This document shows, piece after piece, positions 59,540 to 64,000 of a stretch of 64,000 nt of DNA. The position numbers were made by a program, and so were the translations under genes. The notes below the pieces were generated by a model, which had not been told where the DNA came from, did no database searches, and worked only from the letters and a program-made list of their open reading frames with translations. Positions within the stretch are counted from its first letter, which is position 1, and every line of letters starts with the position of its first letter. This DNA is from Anaerolineae bacterium. Its GTDB lineage: Bacteria > Chloroflexota > Anaerolineae > Anaerolineales > UBA4823. The DNA lies in the NCBI GenBank assembly GCA_041479245.1, contig JBGOXS010000003.1:60965-124964 (forward strand), in the 5' to 3' direction.

Positions 59540-61168
59540 ATGCAAAAGACGATCGTGGCGGCGGCGCTGGGGGAATGTGTACACGTTGCAGGGGTCTTGA
59601 GTTTTCTGCGCCTGGCAGAAATTGCTGGGTGGCGCACGGTCTTTCTGGGTCCGGCAGTCCCGATTGAGACAATTTTGAATGCAGCTCGTGAGGAAAATGC
59701 TGCCCTGGTTGGTGTGTCATACCGTCTCACCCCTGAGACGGGTGAGCGCTTGCTGGGCGATTTTGCTGAAGCCGCCGACGCCCTGCATTCCTCCGGCGTG
59801 AGGTTCACCTTTGGCGGCACACCCCCCGTGGCAGAAAAAGCCCGTCGGCTCGGTTTCTTCGAGTGTGTATTTGATGGCAGCCAGCCTCCCGAAGAAGTGC
59901 TGGCCTATCTCAAGGGGCAGGTCTCACCCCAGCCTTCAGAACAGGATTATCCGCACTCACTTGTCGAGCGTATTCAGTGGAAATCCCCTTACCCCTTATT
60001 ACGCCATCATTTCGGTCTGCCCACCCTGGAAGACACGCTTCGGGGTGTGGAGAAGATCTCCCAGGCTAAGGTTTTGGATGTCATTTCGTTAGGCATCGAC
60101 CAGGACGCCCAAGAAAATTTCTTCCACCCAGAGCGGCAGGATGTCCGCCGTAAAGGTGCTGGTGGTGTGCCTGTACGCTCGGCTGCTGACTACCAGGCGC
60201 TCAATTCTGCTAGCCGCCAGGGCAACTACCCTCTCATGCGCACCTATTCGGGTACGGATGATTTCATCCGCCTGGCTGATATGTACCTTGAAACGATCCA
60301 CAATGCGTGGTGCGCTATCCCCCTGTTCTGGTTCAACCAGATGGATGGCAGAGGTCCGTGGGACCTGGAAGGCTCGATCCGCCAGCACCAGCAGGTGATG
60401 GCTTGGTATGGCGAGCGTGGGGTGCCTGTGGAATTGAACGAGCCTCATCATTGGGCCATGCGCGACGCACCCGACGTGATCTTCGTAGTATCTGCCTTTC
60501 TGTCGGCCTACAATGCGCGTGCGTTTGGCGTTCACGACTATATCGCTCAGCTGATGTTCAATAGCCCTCCGGGCACCTCGGATGCAATGGACCTCGCCAA
60601 GATGCTGGCCGCTCTCAAATTGATCGAACCACTGGCAGGTGAGGGCTTCCACATCTGGAGACAGACCCGCACCGGTATTCTCAGCTACCCGCTGGACTTG
60701 ACTGCCGCCCGTGCTCACCTGGCAGCCAGCATCTACGTCCAGATGGCGCTCAAGCCGCACATTATCCATATCGTGGGTCACACCGAAGCTCATCATGCCG
60801 CCACCGCAGAAGACGTGATTGAAGCCTGCCTGCTGGCGCGCAGGTCGATTGAAAACGCTCTGCGCGGCGCCCCCGATATGACCGCCGATCCGGCGGTGCA
60901 AGCTCAAGTGGAGTATTTGGTGTCTGAAGCCAACGTCACCCTCAGGGCAATCCGTCAGCTCAGCTCTCACCCTGTTCCCGATCCATTAACCGATCCGCTA
61001 ACCCTGGCCCAATCAGTACAATTGGGGATTTTGGACGCCCCCCAGCTGCAGAACAACCTTTTTGCCCGGGGTCAGATAAAAACCCGTATGTTAAATGGTA
61101 CCTGTATCGCCATACAACCGGATGGAACGCCTCTCAGCGAAGCTGACCGTCTGGGGCAGTTCCTATAA
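59540..61168 (+). CDS. Cobalamin-binding enzyme of unknown function (B12 domain plus a ~400-aa catalytic domain)
   Basis: CVHVAG (DxHxxG variant), VGVSYRL and FGG B12-domain motifs; no CxxxCxxC. Confidence 0.85.
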   Translation: MQKTIVAAALGECVHVAGVLSFLRLAEIAGWRTVFLGPAVPIETILNAAREENAALVGVSYRLTPETGERLLGDFAEAADALHSSGVRFTFGGTPPVAEKARRLGFFECVFDGSQPPEEVLAYLKGQVSPQPSEQDYPHSLVERIQWKSPYPLLRHHFGLPTLEDTLRGVEKISQAKVLDVISLGIDQDAQENFFHPERQDVRRKGAGGVPVRSAADYQALNSASRQGNYPLMRTYSGTDDFIRLADMYLETIHNAWCAIPLFWFNQMDGRGPWDLEGSIRQHQQVMAWYGERGVPVELNEPHHWAMRDAPDVIFVVSAFLSAYNARAFGVHDYIAQLMFNSPPGTSDAMDLAKMLAALKLIEPLAGEGFHIWRQTRTGILSYPLDLTAARAHLAASIYVQMALKPHIIHIVGHTEAHHAATAEDVIEACLLARRSIENALRGAPDMTADPAVQAQVEYLVSEANVTLRAIRQLSSHPVPDPLTDPLTLAQSVQLGILDAPQLQNNLFARGQIKTRMLNGTCIAIQPDGTPLSEADRLGQFL

Positions 61169-61180
61169 AAGGAGGATATT

Positions 61181-62293
61181 ATGGCCGAAAAATTGAAAAT
61201 AACCGTGGTTGGTGCCGGGCATGGCGGTAAAGCCATGGCAGCTCATTTGGGTCTGATGGGCTTCCCAACCGTATTATTTAACCGCACAGCCGCCAATGTG
61301 GCTGCAATCAAAGAATTGGGCGGGATCTATCTGGAGAGCTACGAAGGCGGGCCACGTGGATTTGGGAAGTTGGTCAAGGTGACCTCGAACATCGCCGAAG
61401 CGCTCCAAAAAGCCGAGATGATCATGGTGGTCGTCCCGTCTTCAGCCCATGCCGATGTCGCTAAATCCTGCGCACCCTATCTGACTGATGGTCAGATTGT
61501 CATCCTGCATCCCGGGCGCACCTGCGGTGCGATCGAATTCAACAAGGTGATCCGTGATAACGGCTGCACGGCCGATTTGACCATCGCCGAAACCGAAACG
61601 TTCATCTACGCATCCCGTTCCGATGGTCCTGCCCAGGCGCGCATCTTCCGCATCAAGGAGGCTGTGCCATTAGCAGCCCTCCCGGCTAACCGCACTCATC
61701 TTGTATTGGATAAGGTTCGAGAAGTATTTTCCGTGTTCATCGACGGCGGGGATGTGCTCCAAACCGGGATGAACAACATGGGCGCTATCTTTCACCCGGC
61801 ATTGACCATTCTCAACTCGGGGTGGATCGAATCAACCCACGGTGACTTCCAATTCTACATTGATGGGGTAACGCCCTCGGTAGCCCGCGTTTTGGAAGCC
61901 CTTGATCGTGAGCGCGTTACGGTCGCGGCTTCCATTGGCATCCGCGCCCGCACCGGCATGGAGTGGCTTAAACTTTCCTACGATGCGGTCGGTGAAGATT
62001 TGAATGAAGCCATTCACAACCAACCTGGCTATTACGGGATTAATGCACCCCCGACGCTCAACCACCGTTACATCTTTGAAGATGTCCCCATGAGCTTGGT
62101 GCCGATTGCCTCCCTGGGTCAGCGTTATGGGGTTGCAGTCAGCGGAATTGATGGGATAATTAAGTTAGCCAGTATAATACATCGTACCGATTATTGGCGC
62201 CGCGGGCGGACGATAGAAAAATTGGGCATTAATAACCTGAGCACCGACGAATTGATCCATTATGTCAAAGAAGGTGTTTTGGAATCCACCTGA
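61181..62293 (+). CDS. NAD/NADP octopine/nopaline (opine) dehydrogenase family
   Basis: VVGAGHGG, LHPGRT.GA, ET.T..Y, N…FHP, LD.ER, HRY..EDVP..L. Confidence 0.9.
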   Translation: MAEKLKITVVGAGHGGKAMAAHLGLMGFPTVLFNRTAANVAAIKELGGIYLESYEGGPRGFGKLVKVTSNIAEALQKAEMIMVVVPSSAHADVAKSCAPYLTDGQIVILHPGRTCGAIEFNKVIRDNGCTADLTIAETETFIYASRSDGPAQARIFRIKEAVPLAALPANRTHLVLDKVREVFSVFIDGGDVLQTGMNNMGAIFHPALTILNSGWIESTHGDFQFYIDGVTPSVARVLEALDRERVTVAASIGIRARTGMEWLKLSYDAVGEDLNEAIHNQPGYYGINAPPTLNHRYIFEDVPMSLVPIASLGQRYGVAVSGIDGIIKLASIIHRTDYWRRGRTIEKLGINNLSTDELIHYVKEGVLEST

Positions 62294-62342
62294 GTATAGG
62301 CGAGAAACATTTCAGGAAATATTGGTGCCGAGGAAGGGAGAC

Positions 62343-62693
62343 ATGGAATTCCAAGATCAATCTAAACCGGTAATTCTCCTGGTTGTCCTGCAAGCCCAGG
62401 ATGCCGACCTGGTCACCACATCCCTGCGCCGGTCGTCGATAACCGCCTTTGAGTTATCTAGCACCGGGGCTTTCCTTGGCCGGAAAAACGTCACCCTGCT
62501 TGTCCCGGTGGAGCCCTCCAACGTGGACCTGGTGCTGTCTGAGATTAAGCGCAATTGCCGTCAACGCATAGAATATGTATCCATGCCCATTGAAGGTCAG
62601 CCCCTTCCCATACCTAGCCCCATTCCAATCACAGTGGGCGGTGCAACTATCTTTATCCTAGAGATCGACCAATACCTGGAGGTGCTGCAATGA
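62343..62693 (+). CDS. c-di-AMP receptor DarA/PstA (DUF970, PII-like), long form
   Basis: Q.QDA, STGAFL…N.TLL, C.QR, VGGATIF. Confidence 0.85.
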   Translation: MEFQDQSKPVILLVVLQAQDADLVTTSLRRSSITAFELSSTGAFLGRKNVTLLVPVEPSNVDLVLSEIKRNCRQRIEYVSMPIEGQPLPIPSPIPITVGGATIFILEIDQYLEVLQ

Positions 62694-62956
62694 AACTGAT
62701 GATTGCCATAGTCAATGATGCCGATTATGACAAGATCGCCCGTGTATTGACCGACGAGCAGTACCGGGTGACTTGTATCGCCTCTACGGGTGGGTTATTC
62801 CGTCGCGGGAGCACCACCCTGCTGATTGGCCTGGAGGAAGAAAAAATAAACCGGGCGGTGGATATCATCAAAGAAAATAGCTTAAGTGCTGAAGGCGCTG
62901 GCACTCACAAGGCGGCCATCTTCGTCTTGAACATCAAGGAATACATCCGTGTGTGA
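62690..62956 (+). CDS. c-di-AMP receptor DarA/PstA-like, short form
   Basis: MKLMIAIV.D.D, ASTGG.F..G.TTLLIG, A.IFVL. Confidence 0.85.
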   Translation: MKLMIAIVNDADYDKIARVLTDEQYRVTCIASTGGLFRRGSTTLLIGLEEEKINRAVDIIKENSLSAEGAGTHKAAIFVLNIKEYIRV

Positions 62957-63046
62957 GTATAGCTTTAGTCCATTTATCCCCTAATACAACAGAGAGGATT
63001 TTGTCAAAAACAGACAGCTCTGGTTCCAGGTGGAAAGGCTCGAAAT

Positions 63047-63307
63047 ATGCACTATAAATTGAGCAGCGAGTCTCATCACCTGCAAACGATGATTACCGGG
63101 CATGTCGTCCCGGAATCGGAACGTTGTATTCAATGTGGAATTTGCTCGTTTAACTGCCCGATCGGGATCGATGTTCGCTTTCATACCTGGATGGGGGAGG
63201 ATGTCAGAGATCCAACTTGCCTGACCTGCGGCGAATGCATCGAGCGTTGCCCGCGTGGCGTGCTGCATTTTGAGAAGACCGAGATCTACACGAGGGGGAA
63301 GGAATGA
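63047..63307 (+). CDS. 2[4Fe-4S] ferredoxin
   Basis: CIQCGICSFNCP and CLTCGECIERCP. Confidence 0.88.
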   Translation: MHYKLSSESHHLQTMITGHVVPESERCIQCGICSFNCPIGIDVRFHTWMGEDVRDPTCLTCGECIERCPRGVLHFEKTEIYTRGKE

Positions 63308-64000
63308 CTCGCTACGCCATTATCGGGACGGGTATATCCGGCATTTCAGCAGCTCAAACTTTACGTGATCTGGAACCAAAAGCTGACGTCACGCTGGTCA
63401 GCGAAGACCCGCATGGATTTTATTCACGCCCTGGCCTGGCTTATTACCTGACTGGAGAGATCCCTGAAAATAAGCTCTTCCCAAACCTAAAGAAGGGGAA
63501 GCAAAAACTGGACGTCCAGTATGTCATTGGGCGCGTCACCCGTATCGATCCGCATTCTCATTCTTTGGAAATAAATCCCGGCAAGGTATTACACTATGAC
63601 CGTCTGTTGATCGCCGCAGGAGCAAAATCTGTCCCACTGGATGTTCCAGGAGGGGACTTGCAAGGGGTGGTCAAGCTCGACGATCTCGAAGATGTGCGTA
63701 ATATCCTATCGCTCATCCGCCGCAGCAAAACCGCCGTCGTTGTCGGTGGTGGTGTGCTCGGGATAGAAATGGTCGAGGGGTTGGCGGCGCAGAACGTGAA
63801 AGTACACTACCTGCTGCGTGGTGATTGGTACTGGTCCAATGTTCTCGCTGAGCCTGAAGCTCGCATGATCGAACGTAACCTCGTCCATGATGGGGTCAGT
63901 ATTCACCACCGCGCAGAAATCGTTGAGATCCTCGGCAAGAAGGGTAAAGTGACTGGAGTTCGTACCAGCAATGGCGAACTCATCCCTTGCAATATGGTCG
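63304..64000 (+). CDS. FAD-dependent pyridine nucleotide-disulfide oxidoreductase (partial, runs off the window)
   Basis: Not in the ORF track; MTRYAIIGTGISG…YSRPGL…YDRLLIAAG…VVVGGGVLGIE; ATGA overlap with the ferredoxin. Confidence 0.9.
   Translation, partial: MTRYAIIGTGISGISAAQTLRDLEPKADVTLVSEDPHGFYSRPGLAYYLTGEIPENKLFPNLKKGKQKLDVQYVIGRVTRIDPHSHSLEINPGKVLHYDRLLIAAGAKSVPLDVPGGDLQGVVKLDDLEDVRNILSLIRRSKTAVVVGGGVLGIEMVEGLAAQNVKVHYLLRGDWYWSNVLAEPEARMIERNLVHDGVSIHHRAEIVEILGKKGKVTGVRTSNGELIPCNMV

Noticed and set aside
60089-60970. 293-aa antisense ORF and similar long shadow ORFs (e.g. 9180-9953, 24877-25473)
   Set aside because: They lie opposite well-supported genes, have no motifs, and are expected from codon bias
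59540-61168. Methionine synthase or B12 radical SAM annotation
   Set aside because: No CxxxCxxC motif and no recognisable MetH homocysteine or folate domains

Overview
Gene-dense 64-kb bacterial chromosomal segment. Gene content and the Pro/Thr-rich lipoproteins suggest Chloroflexota, probably Anaerolineae (inference). About 60 CDS were found; no rRNA, tRNA or CRISPR array was recognised. Main blocks: a glycolipid synthase; an M50 protease/HD/TyrA-like/kbl operon; a RAYT (HUH Y1) transposase in a cluster of GTAG-type REP/REPIN repeats; DUF58-transglutaminase-MoxR; a dpp/opp ABC importer whose DppC carries an inserted binding-protein lobe; two AT-richer islets built around STAND/TPR regulators; coaE-cdaA-cdaR-der; lepB-deoC; PLD-HerA-M48; DUF362/Fe-S; and mprF. 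The best candidate for an undescribed system is at the right end (59226-64000). A sigma70 promoter and a ~280-nt structured leader with terminator/antiterminator potential precede an uncharacterised B12-binding enzyme, an opine dehydrogenase, two DarA/PstA-like c-di-AMP receptors, a ferredoxin and an FAD oxidoreductase. All calls come from motif recognition by eye; no searches or folding programs were run.
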